Source: Amoebophrya sp. A120 (Eukaryota; Protista; Dinoflagellata). Taken from it: a DNA stretch of 64,000 nt. The stretch is taken from contig CAJINV010000003.1 of assembly GCA_905178155.1 (NCBI GenBank), forward strand, positions 5,339,700 to 5,403,699, read 5' to 3'. Shown one piece after another: positions 1 to 12,561 of the stretch (its first letter is position 1; every line of letters begins with the position of its first letter). The position numbers and the translations under genes are program-made. A model generated the notes under the pieces. That model did no database searches and had not been told where the DNA came from. It was given only the letters and a program-made list of their open reading frames with translations.

Positions 1-1
1 C

Positions 2-3000
2 GTGGCGCGGCTGTGCATGGAGATCATCCTGAAAGTGCTGCAGTGGCCCTACTGCAGCCGGTTCGTGATGCAGCGGCTGCTGACGCAGCTGGACCTGCAC
101 CTGCTGATGGAGACCTTCCCCAAGCTGATCCGCGTGCACGGGAACCGCAACCAGAAGATGCTGGGGTACACGCTGGCCGTGATGGGCTGCGTCGCCGACC
201 TGGACGCGCGGCACTTCACGACGATGGACAAGAACGGGCAGCTCTACTTCCACGTGATCCAGTCCGCCCAGAACATGTACAAGTCGGACGCGGTGATGCT
301 GAACACGCTCCTGTTCCTGCAGCGGTTGTGCGCCCCGTCGGCGGTGGACTTCTACCTGACCCGGGCCCAGAAGGCCGCGATGATGAAGCTGAGCCCCGCC
401 CGGTTGGGGATGCCGCTCCGGGAAACTGAGACGCAGCAGACCACCGAGGTGCCGGAGAACCTGGACGCCACCGCGAACGCCGGCGACAGTCCGACCGACC
501 GCAAGCGCGTCCAGATGCTGTCCAGTGTCGGCTTCGCCGACGAGATGCTCACGCAGTATCTGGTGTCCACGCAAACGGCGGGCGACATCTTCCTCGGGAA
601 GGTCCAGTACTACTCCTACGGGAAAACCGAGGCCGACTACGAGGCGATCGGCGTTCGCAGCGGCCACCAAACGCAGCGGTTCGCCGCGGAAAAGTTCGTG
701 GGGAAGCAGCTGGGGGCAAAGTACAAGGTGCCGCGGTTGCCCCGCTCAAACGTCGTCAGCATGATGCCGGGGGGCCGACTCCCCACGCCCGACGTTTACA
801 CACCGACACCTCTTGGCAGCCTGTCGGGGGCGGCGACGCCGTTGTCGAACACCTCCCGCAGCAGCGCGCGGACCCCGCTGCTGAGCGACGTGGACGAGCT
901 CGCGGAGCACAGTACGAGCCTTGCGAAGGCAGGTCGCAAGACCGGCGCATCTTCCGCTACTAAGGGCGGCAAAGGTGCTGGACCGGCGCCGAATAAAGCC
1001 GCTGCTGGCGGGGGCACGAATATAATTAAAGCTGCAACTGCTGGGTTGGATCCTGCGGGAAGTAGTAAGGAGGACAGCGAGATCTTGCCACCCGTTTCCG
1101 CGAAGGCGTCGTTGAAAAAGCAGGGAAGCAGCGCGAAGAAGGTGGGAAAGGCCAAGTCTTTTGCGAAAAGCCGAACGTCCACCTCACTAGAAGCAGCGCT
1201 CGGGTCTCCGGAGGACGAAGTGGAAGTGCCTCTGGTATATGATTTGGACAAGGACGAAGCTGTGCCGAGTGAGGTCGAGCGCATCCAGGAGGACCGCGAA
1301 CGCAAGGCGTGGCTGGATACCAAGCAGGCCACTCTGGAGTATTGTGACTTCTACACGCGCATTCGGGATTGCCACCTGAAGAACCAGGTTCAGCTCTTTT
1401 CCTCCGGCGCCCTGGAGTGGTTGCTGACCGTACTGCAGCAGCTCGCCGTGCCGCCGATCTACCACCGCGCGCCCAAGTCGGTCAAGACCAAAGAAGAAAA
1501 GGAAGAGGACGCGCAGCGGGCCGCGGAAAAGAAGGCCCGCGAAGAAGAGGCCCGTCGCCTTGCGGAGGAGGAGGAGCGGAAGCGCCTGGAAGCGGAAGAG
1601 GCCGCACGCAAGGCAGAGGAGGAGAAGAACAAGCCGCCTAGTAGCGCGGGGAAGCGGTCGCGTACCCCGCCGTCTGCGGGAAAAGCCGGCGGTTCCTCCC
1701 GCGGGCGCGGCCGCTCCCCCCCTCGCTCCGGTAGCACGGTGGGGAAAACATTACAGGCGTCTGGCTCTGGAGGTGGTCTGATCGAAGACGGCATAGATAC
1801 CACTACCGGATTGCCGGTGGACCCTGCAGCAGCAGCACTTCCGCAGGCAGACGCGACTGCGCCTGAGATCGCGGACGCGGCGGAAAATGCGGGGGAAGTA
1901 ACAGGCTTAGCGGATCAACAAGAGAACAATTCCGTATCGCAGGACGTAACCGGGACGGAGCAGGGCCAGGAGAGCAAATCGATTTCGCAATCCAAATCCA
2001 CCGAAAGGGCAAGCACGCCGTCAAAACAGCGAACTCCACCAAAGACTCCGCCGAGCAGACAAAAGAGTCGCGAAACATCTAGCCGACCCGGCACGCCCGG
2101 AACGCCGGCGGCCGGAAGTGCAAAGGACGCCGTCATGGCTGCGCGACGCAGTGCGACCGCTGGCCAGCTGTCAGACGGCATTGACGGCGACATAACTCTG
2201 CAGCCCGTCGAGGAGGACGAGACGACGTTAGCTGCGCAGCAAGCCACTGAACAACAAACCATCGGCACTTCTCCGCAGCGGAATGCAGAGGAAGCGAAGC
2301 CTGCGAGTCGGCCTGGAAGCGCGAATGCCGCGAGCGGGGAGGAAGGTAAAGCGCGACCTGGGTCAAACGCGTCGTCTCGGAGTTCTCGTGGGGTGCGGAA
2401 AGCCAAGACGTCCCCGGCCGAGCTGTTGACCGGCGCTGGAGAAGGTGGTGCTTCAAAGTCGGGACTCTTTGACGAGCCGGCGGATGATGATGTTGCCATG
2501 CAGACCATTACCGAAGAGCAGACGGACCCGAGCAAAGCCAGCGGTGCGGCGGCAGCGGGACCCACGCTATTGCAGTCGGACGGCGCGGCGGCGCCCGGCG
2601 CAGACGAGAAAGACCCCGCAGCGGACGACGCGCCAAAGCAGGCCGTTGCTGCGCAGCCGAAGCGAGCTGCGGCCGGAAAGAAGGGCAAGGGCGGTTTGTC
2701 CAAGAAGGAGCAGCAGGCCCTCGCCGAGGAGCGGAAGCGCGAAGCGGAACGGAAGAAACAAGAGGAGCTGCGGCAGCTTCGCATGCAGGAGATGGAGAAA
2801 GAGACGCGTGAGGCCGATGTTTTGCTTTTGGCGACGCAAGCGCTATACCTGCTGATTCGCGAGAACCCACACACGCTCCGCCGCCTTTGTCGCAGCGAGG
2901 TGTGGGAACACGGCACGAGCGGCGACCACGAGGACGGCGACAACAAGAAGGACGACATCGGCGGCGTTCCGGTTGGACTCGGTGGTCCGTCCTCCTCGGG

Positions 3001-4882
3001 GCCAGCCGCGGGAGGCGGTCCAGGAGGAGCTCCTTCGGGAGCCGAAGCGGGCAATGCGAAGACCGCCGGGGAGCAGAAAAAGAAGAAAAAGAAGGCGGCG
3101 GAGCCGGAACCGGAGGCGGTCGACTGGAGAACCTTGTCTCCCACCGAGCTGTTCGAGCGCGCGAAGCAAAAGAAGTTGAGTCAGATCACACAGATAGACG
3201 ACATCCAGAAGAGCGCCATCGCCACGTTCGCGAAACTGCTGCGGGGTCGGTACGCGCAGGACCGGGTCGACATCATCATCCTGCTGCTGCGCGTGATCAA
3301 GATGTGCGTTGAGTACTGGCGCAAGGACGCGGAGGTGGGCCCCTGGCTCGAACTTCTCAGCCCGATTCAGGAGGCGTTGTCCTGGTTCTGCGACAACATG
3401 GCGGTGCAGATCGAGGGCGCCCAGGTGCTGAGCGGGATCATCGGGATGTCCCGGCAAAAAAACGACCACCGGGAGTTCCTGGGGCTGCGGGTGCCCGTGC
3501 TCCGCAACGTGACGGACCGCATCAAGGAGGGGATCGAGAACACCAAAACCATCCTGGAGGTGCAGCAGCGCATGGGCTCGGGCGAGATGTCCGAGGTGCT
3601 CCAGTGCTTTTCGCCGCGCCTGCTGCACACGGCCCAGAAGGCGAAGGACGCCTGCGACCAAGTAATGATCGAGGCACTGGAGGAGAAGAAGCGGTTCGAC
3701 GAGAAGTTGCGCATTCAAATGGAGAAGGCCGAAGCGAAACGGCTGAAGGAGGAGGCCGAGCGCGAAGCGGAGGAGGCCGAGCGCGCCGCCGCCGAAGAAG
3801 CCAAGCAGAAGAAGAAGAAGCCGCAGCCTGCGGACGGCGAGGGAGGTGCAGCCCCCGAGGGCGGCGCGGAGGGAGGTGCGGCCGGCGAACCGGGCGCTGC
3901 GGGCGAAGGAGATCACGGGGCGGACGGCGCGGGAGCCGCGGCTGGTGACAGCCCCGCCGCAGCAGGAGCAGACCCAGCGCAGCAACCGCCCGGCGAACAA
4001 CAAGACACATCGGCACCAGCTGCACCGGAACTTCAACAGGCCGAACCCGGTCCGGAGGCGCCCTTCGAGGGGCCGGCGGTCGGCGAAGACGGGGCGGAGC
4101 CGGCGGAGCTCGACGAGGACGGCAACCCGATCGTGAGCGAAGAGCTGAACGCTAACGCCGCGTACGACCGGTTGGATCCGGTGACGCAGGCCAAGATGGC
4201 GCTGTACAACGCCGGGGCCTTCCACGGGAAGCTCGGCGACAAGGACCTGGTCGGGCCCACGCAGTACGGGCTTTTCGAGCCGAGCATCGTGAAGTCGCTG
4301 AAGGCCCTGACCGAGCTGGCGGGCAGCGACCCGCTGATGCGGCCGAAGAAGCAGACGGCGAAGTCGCTGAAGGTGAAGGTGTACTACCGCGCGGGGGAGA
4401 ACGAGGAGGTGGCGAACTTTTTGAACATGTTCGCGGGCGAGGGCAACCGGGTCCGGTGCCAGAAACTGTTCGCCCAGGCGGTGAACTCGCAGGGCTACGA
4501 GCTCCCCTTCCACGGCCTGGAACTCGGCCTCAAGGGGGTCCAGTACACGCCAGAACAGCGGGAACTGCACGACGGGTCGGAGGCCGGCAGCAGTTTCTTC
4601 TCCGACGACGGCGAGGGCCGGGGCGCGCTGAAGCGGGCCAAGAATTACGAGGCGATGATGGCCCAGATGGAGAAGCGCGTCGCTGCGGGCGAGGCCGCCG
4701 CAAGGAAAGAGCAGCTGGTGGGCGCGACCATCGACGATCTGGATAACCTCGATGAGCAGCTGGAGGCCTCGGCCGAGATTCGAGCCCGGTTGAACTCGCG
4801 AGAAGGGGCCAGTTTGAAAAAACATAGGAAATCGCGCGGCAATGAGGGCGTTGCAGAGGTGGAAGAAGACGAGGGGGAATAA
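2..4882 (+). CDS. Large hypothetical protein, 5'-partial; helical/ARM-like blocks separated by low-complexity and coiled-coil regions
   Basis: Uninterrupted 1626-codon ORF with GC-rich codon usage, running in from the window edge; TAA at 4880-4882 followed by AT-rich sequence. No specific family recognised. Confidence 0.85.
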   Translation: MARLCMEIILKVLQWPYCSRFVMQRLLTQLDLHLLMETFPKLIRVHGNRNQKMLGYTLAVMGCVADLDARHFTTMDKNGQLYFHVIQSAQNMYKSDAVMLNTLLFLQRLCAPSAVDFYLTRAQKAAMMKLSPARLGMPLRETETQQTTEVPENLDATANAGDSPTDRKRVQMLSSVGFADEMLTQYLVSTQTAGDIFLGKVQYYSYGKTEADYEAIGVRSGHQTQRFAAEKFVGKQLGAKYKVPRLPRSNVVSMMPGGRLPTPDVYTPTPLGSLSGAATPLSNTSRSSARTPLLSDVDELAEHSTSLAKAGRKTGASSATKGGKGAGPAPNKAAAGGGTNIIKAATAGLDPAGSSKEDSEILPPVSAKASLKKQGSSAKKVGKAKSFAKSRTSTSLEAALGSPEDEVEVPLVYDLDKDEAVPSEVERIQEDRERKAWLDTKQATLEYCDFYTRIRDCHLKNQVQLFSSGALEWLLTVLQQLAVPPIYHRAPKSVKTKEEKEEDAQRAAEKKAREEEARRLAEEEERKRLEAEEAARKAEEEKNKPPSSAGKRSRTPPSAGKAGGSSRGRGRSPPRSGSTVGKTLQASGSGGGLIEDGIDTTTGLPVDPAAAALPQADATAPEIADAAENAGEVTGLADQQENNSVSQDVTGTEQGQESKSISQSKSTERASTPSKQRTPPKTPPSRQKSRETSSRPGTPGTPAAGSAKDAVMAARRSATAGQLSDGIDGDITLQPVEEDETTLAAQQATEQQTIGTSPQRNAEEAKPASRPGSANAASGEEGKARPGSNASSRSSRGVRKAKTSPAELLTGAGEGGASKSGLFDEPADDDVAMQTITEEQTDPSKASGAAAAGPTLLQSDGAAAPGADEKDPAADDAPKQAVAAQPKRAAAGKKGKGGLSKKEQQALAEERKREAERKKQEELRQLRMQEMEKETREADVLLLATQALYLLIRENPHTLRRLCRSEVWEHGTSGDHEDGDNKKDDIGGVPVGLGGPSSSGPAAGGGPGGAPSGAEAGNAKTAGEQKKKKKKAAEPEPEAVDWRTLSPTELFERAKQKKLSQITQIDDIQKSAIATFAKLLRGRYAQDRVDIIILLLRVIKMCVEYWRKDAEVGPWLELLSPIQEALSWFCDNMAVQIEGAQVLSGIIGMSRQKNDHREFLGLRVPVLRNVTDRIKEGIENTKTILEVQQRMGSGEMSEVLQCFSPRLLHTAQKAKDACDQVMIEALEEKKRFDEKLRIQMEKAEAKRLKEEAEREAEEAERAAAEEAKQKKKKPQPADGEGGAAPEGGAEGGAAGEPGAAGEGDHGADGAGAAAGDSPAAAGADPAQQPPGEQQDTSAPAAPELQQAEPGPEAPFEGPAVGEDGAEPAELDEDGNPIVSEELNANAAYDRLDPVTQAKMALYNAGAFHGKLGDKDLVGPTQYGLFEPSIVKSLKALTELAGSDPLMRPKKQTAKSLKVKVYYRAGENEEVANFLNMFAGEGNRVRCQKLFAQAVNSQGYELPFHGLELGLKGVQYTPEQRELHDGSEAGSSFFSDDGEGRGALKRAKNYEAMMAQMEKRVAAGEAAARKEQLVGATIDDLDNLDEQLEASAEIRARLNSREGASLKKHRKSRGNEGVAEVEEDEGE

Positions 4883-5818
4883 GAATAGAAAATTTCATTT
4901 TCATGTTCCCTATTTCCTCGGCGTTGGCTCGAGCTCGAATAGGAATCATAGCGATGGTGCTCGTGGTCGTGCTGTCCACGACGACTTTTTCTCATGTTCT
5001 CGCTCGACGTCCACATTCAACTGCTATCTTTACCAAGAAACAGTAATTTTTTCGACACTTCTGATTATGTACAATTTTAACCGCGTTTGCGTTTCCCCTA
5101 GATACTCATTCGTTCCCAGCATCATTTCGATTTCACAGGGACCCCGCACATATCATGGCAAATTTTGCATACATCACAGTTGGAGTTTCTTCATTCATTG
5201 GGTACTAGATGAGGCACTAGTACCTGGGGTACTGCCAAGTGCTTGATGCTACTACAAAATTTCGAAATAATATTTAAAATACATCACAGAAGCGCACGGA
5301 GATTCTTTGCACCTGTACTTTACTTATTGGAAAGTTTCTTGAAGCCATTCGAAAAACTACTAAGTACCCGTGAAGGACGAGCAGGCTCCACTGCGCTCGC
5401 GTAGCCATGTAGTCATCCATGCCGGGGATAAACTTGCGTGAGTTCATTGTTTTTGCTCAGCAAACTCCACAATCGGTCAACATTATTCAAAAACGCATGA
5501 TCATCACATGTTTGTGTTTCGCATTCGCGCCGCCGGTGCGCCATTGTCAAAATCCGATTGCCGCGCTTGGCCTCAGCGATCTTTGGAACAGAAATTTACG
5601 GTATACGTACAAGTACAAAGTGAAATTCCAATGGGTGTCTGGCTGTGATTTCAAGTAAAAGTAAAAAAGAAAAAACTAAAAAAACATCCGAAAAATTAGC
5701 CGAACCTCGCCCTGGATCCATCGCTCTTTTGGTTGAGCGCACGGACGTGGATGAAAGTACTGTACTTATCTTTACCTCGTAAAAAAACAAGGCATTTTCT
5801 TCTCTGTGGTACAGAACC

Positions 5819-7951
5819 ATGAACGACAACAAGGAATTTGCAGATGTGCAGTCTGAGAAGGGGGCACGAGAAGTCAAGATCGCAGTTATTGGTGCGGGAG
5901 TGGCTGGACTGATCGCCGCAAAAGAGCTGGTTTCCGGAGAACGGCTAGGCGGCAACGTGCATGTCGATCTGATAGAACAAGGCGAGCGTGTCGGTGGGCG
6001 AGTACAAACTGAAGAATATCTGACGGATCAAGGCGAAACTTTCCTTCTGGATCACGGATTCCAGGTGCTTCTAACCGCGTACCCGGAGGTGCGCCGCCAT
6101 CTGCGTGAACTCTTGTATGCCCGGCTTGATAACTGCTACGTCTTATTCAACATTTTTGTCAACTAGTTTGTACCACGTATACATTTTGTACGTACTAGTA
6201 GTGCTCCCGTGATAAGAACAAAAGAGACCACAGATGTTGAAGCATCGGCTTTGGCATTCGCAGTGTGAACGTGCATGTCTATGCCATGTTAGTTTATCAA
6301 AAGCGTCGTCTTCGTTTGAGCCGGGCATACGCTGCCTGAAGTGAGATGTTTTGCGCAAGGCGCCGTGCTTGCGTACGATGGACGACCTGCAGCTCGAGTT
6401 CTTGCTTCTGCCCCATCAACCAAGCCGGATGAGAAAGAACTCTGGGTGGTCGCAAATCCGCTGACTTACCCGCGAGGCATTTTTGGCACGCTGCGAACTG
6501 TAGTTTACCGCTGGGGTCTTCTGCAAACGCTTGCGGATGTTTGCCGCTTGGCCTGTCGCCTGATATTTCCGCAGTGGGTCTTCCGAGGAGCATACACGGA
6601 GCATACCATTGGTGAGGTATCTACAAATTGCATCCGGGGGCTGTCCAAATCAACCAAGGTCGCGTCGACAGTGGCACACCACCAGCACACGATTGTGACT
6701 GCAAAACCGCCAGACACGCAGCTGGAGCCCGCAACTCGTCCTGACGGGCTGCACTTGACTACAGATCTCTACCTTTCTCAGCATGTGTCTTTGTCGCCAG
6801 CGTTTGTCAACGGGTTTCTGCGCCCCTTCTTCGAAGCCATATACGTGAGCCCACTTTCCTGCCAGCGCGCTGCGCTTTTTAATTTCGTTCTGCGGATGCT
6901 TGCGGTTGGTGGCGCAGCCCTACCACCGCGAGGCATACGAGGGGTACCGGAGCACTTGCTGGAGCAAATTCAGGATAGAACCCGTCACAGCAAAAATCTA
7001 TCGCTCAGTTGCGTTTTTGGAACTCAAGTTTCGGCCATCGAGCAGGTTGCGGGCGGCTCGCGGCTCTCGGTCCGATGCAAGCCCTCACAAGGAAACTCGA
7101 CGAGAACCACGCGCGAACTAGTATATGACTTCGTCATACTTGCAACTGACTGGGCTGCTGCCCACCGGCTGTTGGAGCCTTATTTGTGCAGCAAGAAAGC
7201 GGCGAACGAGCACGATGCTGCAGGATGTTTAGAAGATGAAGACAAGCCACTGTACACTGAGAGCGCGACCTACTATTTCAGTCTCCCCGCCGAAGAGCTA
7301 CCGGTTACCGAGCCACTGATCGTGCTCCACTCTTACGATGTTGACGAAGCAGCGGTACTAGCGGCAAATAACGATCGAGGGCCTGCTCCCTTGGAAGAGC
7401 CGCTTCTAGGAGGGGGTGCAGCTTCAGCTTCTACTGAGCGTGCTGTCGCTGGCAACAAGCCAAAGGACTTCTATCCGTTCCGGGTCTCTAATGTGGGCTT
7501 TCCCTCCGTCGTCCAAAGCTCGTACGCCCCGCAACGGAAGCACCTTCTTGCTGCCACTGTGATGCGAACAGACTACGGGGCGATAGGCGCAGCCGCGGCC
7601 CCAACCGGGACGAGAGGAAACGATGACAAGGCGGCGACTGCGTGGCCGGGTGAGGGCTGGGTGTTGCAAGAGGTAGTTTCCATGCTCAGACTCGACCACC
7701 ATGGGCGTGGGACGAAAAGATCGCCAAATAAAGAAAATATGAGTCTGCTGACTTCGTGGAAGTTTCTGAAACGGTTCGTCATTCCCTTTCACCAGCCTCA
7801 CCACGGCTGTGGGATGAGCCGAGTGGTCTTCGGCCACCAAGGTCGGATCATTGCTTGCGGCGATTACACCTGCGACCCGACTCTGGATGGAGCCATGCGG
7901 TCTGGTAGTAGAGCGGCCGAACTAGTGGCGCAGTCCGTACTATCACTTTAA
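5819..7951 (+). CDS. FAD-dependent oxidoreductase (flavin amine oxidase / protoporphyrinogen oxidase-like), 2 exons
   Basis: IAVIGAGVAGL FAD motif, VGGRVQT, LDHGFQVLLTAYPE and C-terminal ACGDY..TLDGAMRSG. Exons ~5819-6115 and ~6335-7951 join in frame (HLRELL|PEVRCF) after removing the TIR intron. Confidence 0.85.
6116..6329. mobile_element. TIR intronic element (introner) #1
   Basis: Inverted repeats TATGCCCGGCT...AGCCGGGCATA; degenerate TSD TCTTG/CGCTG; removal restores frame. Confidence 0.75.
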
Positions 7952-8607
7952 CTGACGACGTGAAGAAAGCCATACTTTGAAATAAAAGCGTTGGTTCGTT
8001 CTGCACAACACTTCTTCAATACGGTCTGTCCTGCTATCGTGCACGCTTTCCGTTTCTGGTCGTACTCATTTCTGAAGATGGCGATGCTCTGAAGACACTA
8101 TGTGCATGCCATGAGCTCCTGTCACTTTAACCGCATGGGTTCATACCTTTGGACAAGTGGAAACTGCGACAGGATTCATTATCAAGATCGGAGAGAAAGA
8201 CGAGAGGAACCATTCATAGTATTTCGACGTTATACATTTCGTCGAAATTATTAGTAAATCGGTCCAGTGATCAAAGCAACACCGGCGTGCAAAGCGCGTT
8301 TCCCAAGCTAGCATTAGTACGCCCTCATTAATTTTTGTCAAAAATAGCGTGTTGTAGGGGTGGACTGGCAGGTGCAGAAAGACATAGACGTCATCTCATA
8401 CTCACATGAACTTGACAGCAGTTAACCCTCCCACCACATATCATCGATTACGTAGCGCCCGCAGCTAGGGAAGTAGTGTCGTTTCTAAATAAACACGGTA
8501 ATTATCCCTCTCTTACTTTCCCAAGGCCAAGACCCCTCGGCATTGTCTTCAGTGCCATTCATCTGCTTCATCTGCATCGGGTATTATCCGTATTAAGACG
8601 ACTAACT

Positions 8608-9549
8608 ATGGCTACTGCTGGCGATCAATATGACTTCCGAACGGGGAATATCTGGAACTTCGCGAATCGCGACGACATACAGCAAGTCAAGCGGTTGGTT
8701 GGAAGTGCCACTAGAAGGGGCGCAGCCGGCAGAAGTGCCGGCGACCCAATGAAGACAAACGGCGATGAACTTCTAGTAGGAAATTATGAGGAAGGCGATG
8801 CACGAAGGGGAGCAGGAGTTCGGTCTGGGAGAAGTTCTGAAGAAAAGAAAAGCAGCGTTGGCAAAAGTCAAGCCAGTGACGATGGTGCTCCACCTGTCGG
8901 CGAGGACACGAACACAAGTTTTCAGAACTACACCGAATTCGGGCTAGGACCCGAGTCCCTGTCCCCGCAACTCACTACAGCCGTGGAGGCTAGGAGAGAG
9001 CAAGACAGTGCTTCGTGCTACTTTTCGTCCGAGGTATCTCCAGAGCTGCGCAACAAAGTGGGGTGGACGCCGCTCCACGCAGCGGCCCATGGAGGAGCGC
9101 TCCGCGTGCTATCGTGGCTTCTGTATACGTGTCGCGTCGAACGAAATCCGCAGTGTAACGCAGGCCGAACGCCCCTGATGGATGCGGCTCGGACGGGTAA
9201 CTTTCACGCCGTGAAACTGCTACTGAAGGCGAAAGCGGACGCTCTGGCGGAAGACAACCAGCAGCGAACGGCGTTGCACTACGCCGCTAAAGATCGAGCC
9301 ACGCGCGACCTCCTGGCTGCCAAAATGACACAGAAAAACACTGGCCCTATCAGCGAAAGTCAAAATGTGTTTTTACCAGGCACAGGAGATGATGTTGTCA
9401 GGAAGAATGCCCACGCAAGAGCGGGCGGCCAGATAGACAACAGTCCGGCGGCGGGCAGAAAAGCGCAGCGCAAGAAAAAGTTTGGCCGCAATGTCGTCAG
9501 TTCGGAGGACGACGAACAAGGCAAAGCTACGGGTAAGATCGTAAAATAG
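8608..9549 (+). CDS. Ankyrin-repeat protein
   Basis: GWTPLHAAAHGG, GRTPLMDAARTG and RTALHYAA ankyrin motifs; ATG at 8608 (MATAGDQ). Confidence 0.85.
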   Translation: MATAGDQYDFRTGNIWNFANRDDIQQVKRLVGSATRRGAAGRSAGDPMKTNGDELLVGNYEEGDARRGAGVRSGRSSEEKKSSVGKSQASDDGAPPVGEDTNTSFQNYTEFGLGPESLSPQLTTAVEARREQDSASCYFSSEVSPELRNKVGWTPLHAAAHGGALRVLSWLLYTCRVERNPQCNAGRTPLMDAARTGNFHAVKLLLKAKADALAEDNQQRTALHYAAKDRATRDLLAAKMTQKNTGPISESQNVFLPGTGDDVVRKNAHARAGGQIDNSPAAGRKAQRKKKFGRNVVSSEDDEQGKATGKIVK

Positions 9550-10846
9550 ATACAAATACAATAGAGATGCGCCCCTGCATATGGTTAAGAAAGCTTTTTT
9601 CTCGCATAAAACTAAATTAAAATTCGCTTCAGATGCGCGTTTTGCTTTTGAAATAAGTAAGTAAAAGAAATGCGCGCGACCTGCAGACATTTTCATTTTC
9701 ACATCTCTGGAAGAAAAATAGAAAAAGAAGTTGCGATTTCGCAAAATAGAAATGCAGTATGCAGAAAAGCAAGCACGATGCAGGAATGAGCATCAGCATT
9801 CTTTTGAGTTACAGTGTGATTTTAGACCGGCACTCTTGCCGTCGGAGAAAGGAATCGAATTTTCCGGATCCAACTAATAACTGTAATTTTGTACGACCCG
9901 ATGTTCTTCCAGATCCGTCTGAATCTGAGTTCCAAGATCGAAATTTCCGTGCGTATCCTCGCATTGTAGAGGAGAGCAGGAATTGTAATTGAATGTGATG
10001 AAAGACGACATCGGTTGATCTTGGTTGTGTTGCCACGAAGGATGGTATCATCTGAGTTAATCATGACTATGAATGGCTATTCAAAATCCCCTGTTGATGT
10101 GTCGGTTGCGATGTCAATGACACTAATGACGATCCGACTGGCTTGATTTATTTGGTTCTTACAACTTGCGGAGCTCTTTTGACTTCATATTGATCTGACA
10201 GTGCTAAGCCTGTTACATTCATGCGGCAGCGACACCGAGAAAAGGCGACTTTGGTCCTCGCGTGCGAGCGCGAATATGAATCAGATCACTCGTGGTGAAA
10301 CAATCGACTTTCGCTGGACATACCAGTCGCGGTCTGGTTGATCTACCAACAAGGTGAGGATCAAGAAGGCTCATCTGTGACGTGGCTCAGGAAGATCTGT
10401 CCTCTCTCGTGTGGTAGATGAAAGATCCCAGAGAGATCTATGCGTGCACCGTCCCTGCTCGACGAGTACTTAATATTTTTACTCACTTAGAGGTCTTCCA
10501 CGATGTGTCGCGTATCTGATTCTGAAGTAAGTAGATCCTATCTACTGGTGATGTGACTGATTGTAGCGCTTTTAGGTTCTTGGGGTCGTAGGAGGTAGAC
10601 CACAAAAGGGAAACTCATCCGCATGTACGCATTTCACTTGTCGCAGACCTTATGGCTATGCTGAAACGTTCTTCGGAAACGGACGAGCATTGACTTTTCT
10701 TTTATTTCAAAGTGTCCTCCGCCTGTGATGCAATACGGACTTAATCCACTGGCACTGACCGTTTGTTTCTACTTTACGTTTACTGTACCGGCGTCATCGT
10801 CAAGACAAGTTTAACAATAGTACCGACAAGACTTTATATCTCGACC

Positions 10847-12561
10847 ATGCAAGCACTTTTGCAAAAAGGAAAGGGGACCTTCAGGCGCTCTTCCACACAA
10901 CTGTCGGTGTCGGCTGCTCGAGGTACTGTCGGAAGCACGGGTGCTCCTCGTCCTGGCACCGCAGCCCGGTTTTTCTCTTCCGCAGCGGCGCAAAGCCATG
11001 AACGCGGACAATTCCAAGCCACAGCCTCTTGTTCCGGAGGTGGAGCTGCCGGGTTGTATCGTTCTTCGGCATCTACTACTGCCCGAGAAGTAGCGAGCAG
11101 CACCCCGACGTCCTTGTCCGCAGGCGACGCCGGTTCTCAGCAGCGGGACGAGTTCCTCTTTTCCCCGGCCACGCCGGTGGGCTTCATCGGGCTGGGAAAA
11201 ATTGGCAGCGCGATGGCCCGGAACATGCAGAGCGCGGGAATGGAGGACGTTTCCGGCTTCGACCCCTTCCTCGCGAAAGCCGCCGATCTGCAATCCATCA
11301 ACAAACTCGACTTTGCCGCGTTCGCCCGAGATCGCGAAGTTTTTGTCTCGGCTCTTCCCAACGACGCGGCCGTGGAAAAACTGTTTTTCGGCGGAGAAGA
11401 AGAGAAAGCGGCCCGAAAAAATATTGAGCTGTTGCCGAAAGGAAGCGTCCACATTTCCGTCTCGACCATCAGTCCGGCGCTGGCGGAACGCATGACGGCC
11501 GAGCATGCCAAGCATGGTTCGCACTTCGTTTCTGCTCCAGTTTTTGCCCGCCCGGATGGACTGGCGAAAAAGGAAGCGTTCTTTCCGGTCGCCGGGAAAT
11601 CCGACATCGTCACGAACCTGGTCAAACCTCTTTTGGAAGCCACAACTGCAAAGAAGGTACTTGAGTATAACTAAAGTAAAGTACTTTTACAGCTTTAGTT
11701 GTGGTATTTTGCGCAGTATGTTGATGTATGTTTCCCTAGGGTCGTCAGGGGCGGCTGCGGCGTCATCAAGTAGACCTTCTTGTTGAGGAGCAAAGTTGGA
11801 GCGTTTTTTTATGCAAAATTCGCACTCGCCCCCCGTACCTGCATGTTTCTATGATTTAATTAAAGTTTGTTTCATCTTCTCCAGGTTGAGTACTTTGGGC
11901 CTCACCCGAAGCAGGCGAACGTCGTGAAACTGTGCGGGAACTTCCTGATTTGTTCCGCGATCGGTGCAATGACGGAGGCCTACAACCTCGGAGAAGCGTA
12001 CGACTTGAACCGGCAGCAGCTGCACCAGCTGTTACGCATTACAAAAGAATCTTCGTACTAGTTATAAATCGCATAGACAAGAAAAAAATTTCCTCACCAT
12101 AACAAAGGAAATTTGTCTTGCTGAGTTACCTTGAGAAGGATGCATTTTGTCACTGCTTTTACTACGAGTACGATAGATACTTTTGCAGTGCATAACAGTT
12201 CTCGAACACCATCTTTGACTGCTTGATTTACAAGGGCTACGGCCACCGCGTTTCAGCGCACGACCACTATCCCTACGAAGACGCCCACTTTGCCCTGGCT
12301 TTGGGCCACAAAGACATGCTGCTGGCAAAGCAGGCCGCCGAGAACATGACCCTGCCAAAGAAGCACTGGGGACTCCAGGAGCAAAGAAAGGACGTCGAAG
12401 AAGCTTCAACAAACCCCGAGGACGAGGGTGTAGTGAGAAACCAGGCAGACCGGAAGCCATTGCACATGCCATTTTTGGACGCTCTGGACGCGAAATTTCG
12501 GACCGCCAAGGCCGAAATGAACTGCGAAAAGCTGGATTGGAGTGCGATCGCGATGGTGTGA
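10847..12561 (+). CDS. NAD(P)-dependent beta-hydroxyacid dehydrogenase (3-hydroxyisobutyrate/6PGDH-like family) with N-terminal transit-peptide-like extension, 3 exons
   Basis: VGFIGLGKIGSAMARNM, STISP, FVSAPVFARP and catalytic VVKLCGNF. Exons 10847-11656, 11885-~12032, ~12200-12561; intron 1 is GT-AG (11657-11884), intron 2 is a TIR element. Confidence 0.9.
12033..12194. mobile_element. Introner #2 (family B, GCAAAAGTATCGTAC-type TIR)
   Basis: TACGCATTACAAAAGAATCT...AGATACTTTTGCAGTGCATA; TSD GCTGT/ACAGT; removing 167 nt gives LHQLFSNTIF. Confidence 0.8.

Noticed and set aside
796-4825. Long antisense ORFs (e.g. 2843-4825, 1915-3144)
   Set aside because: Shadow ORFs of a GC-rich coding strand, with no independent motifs.
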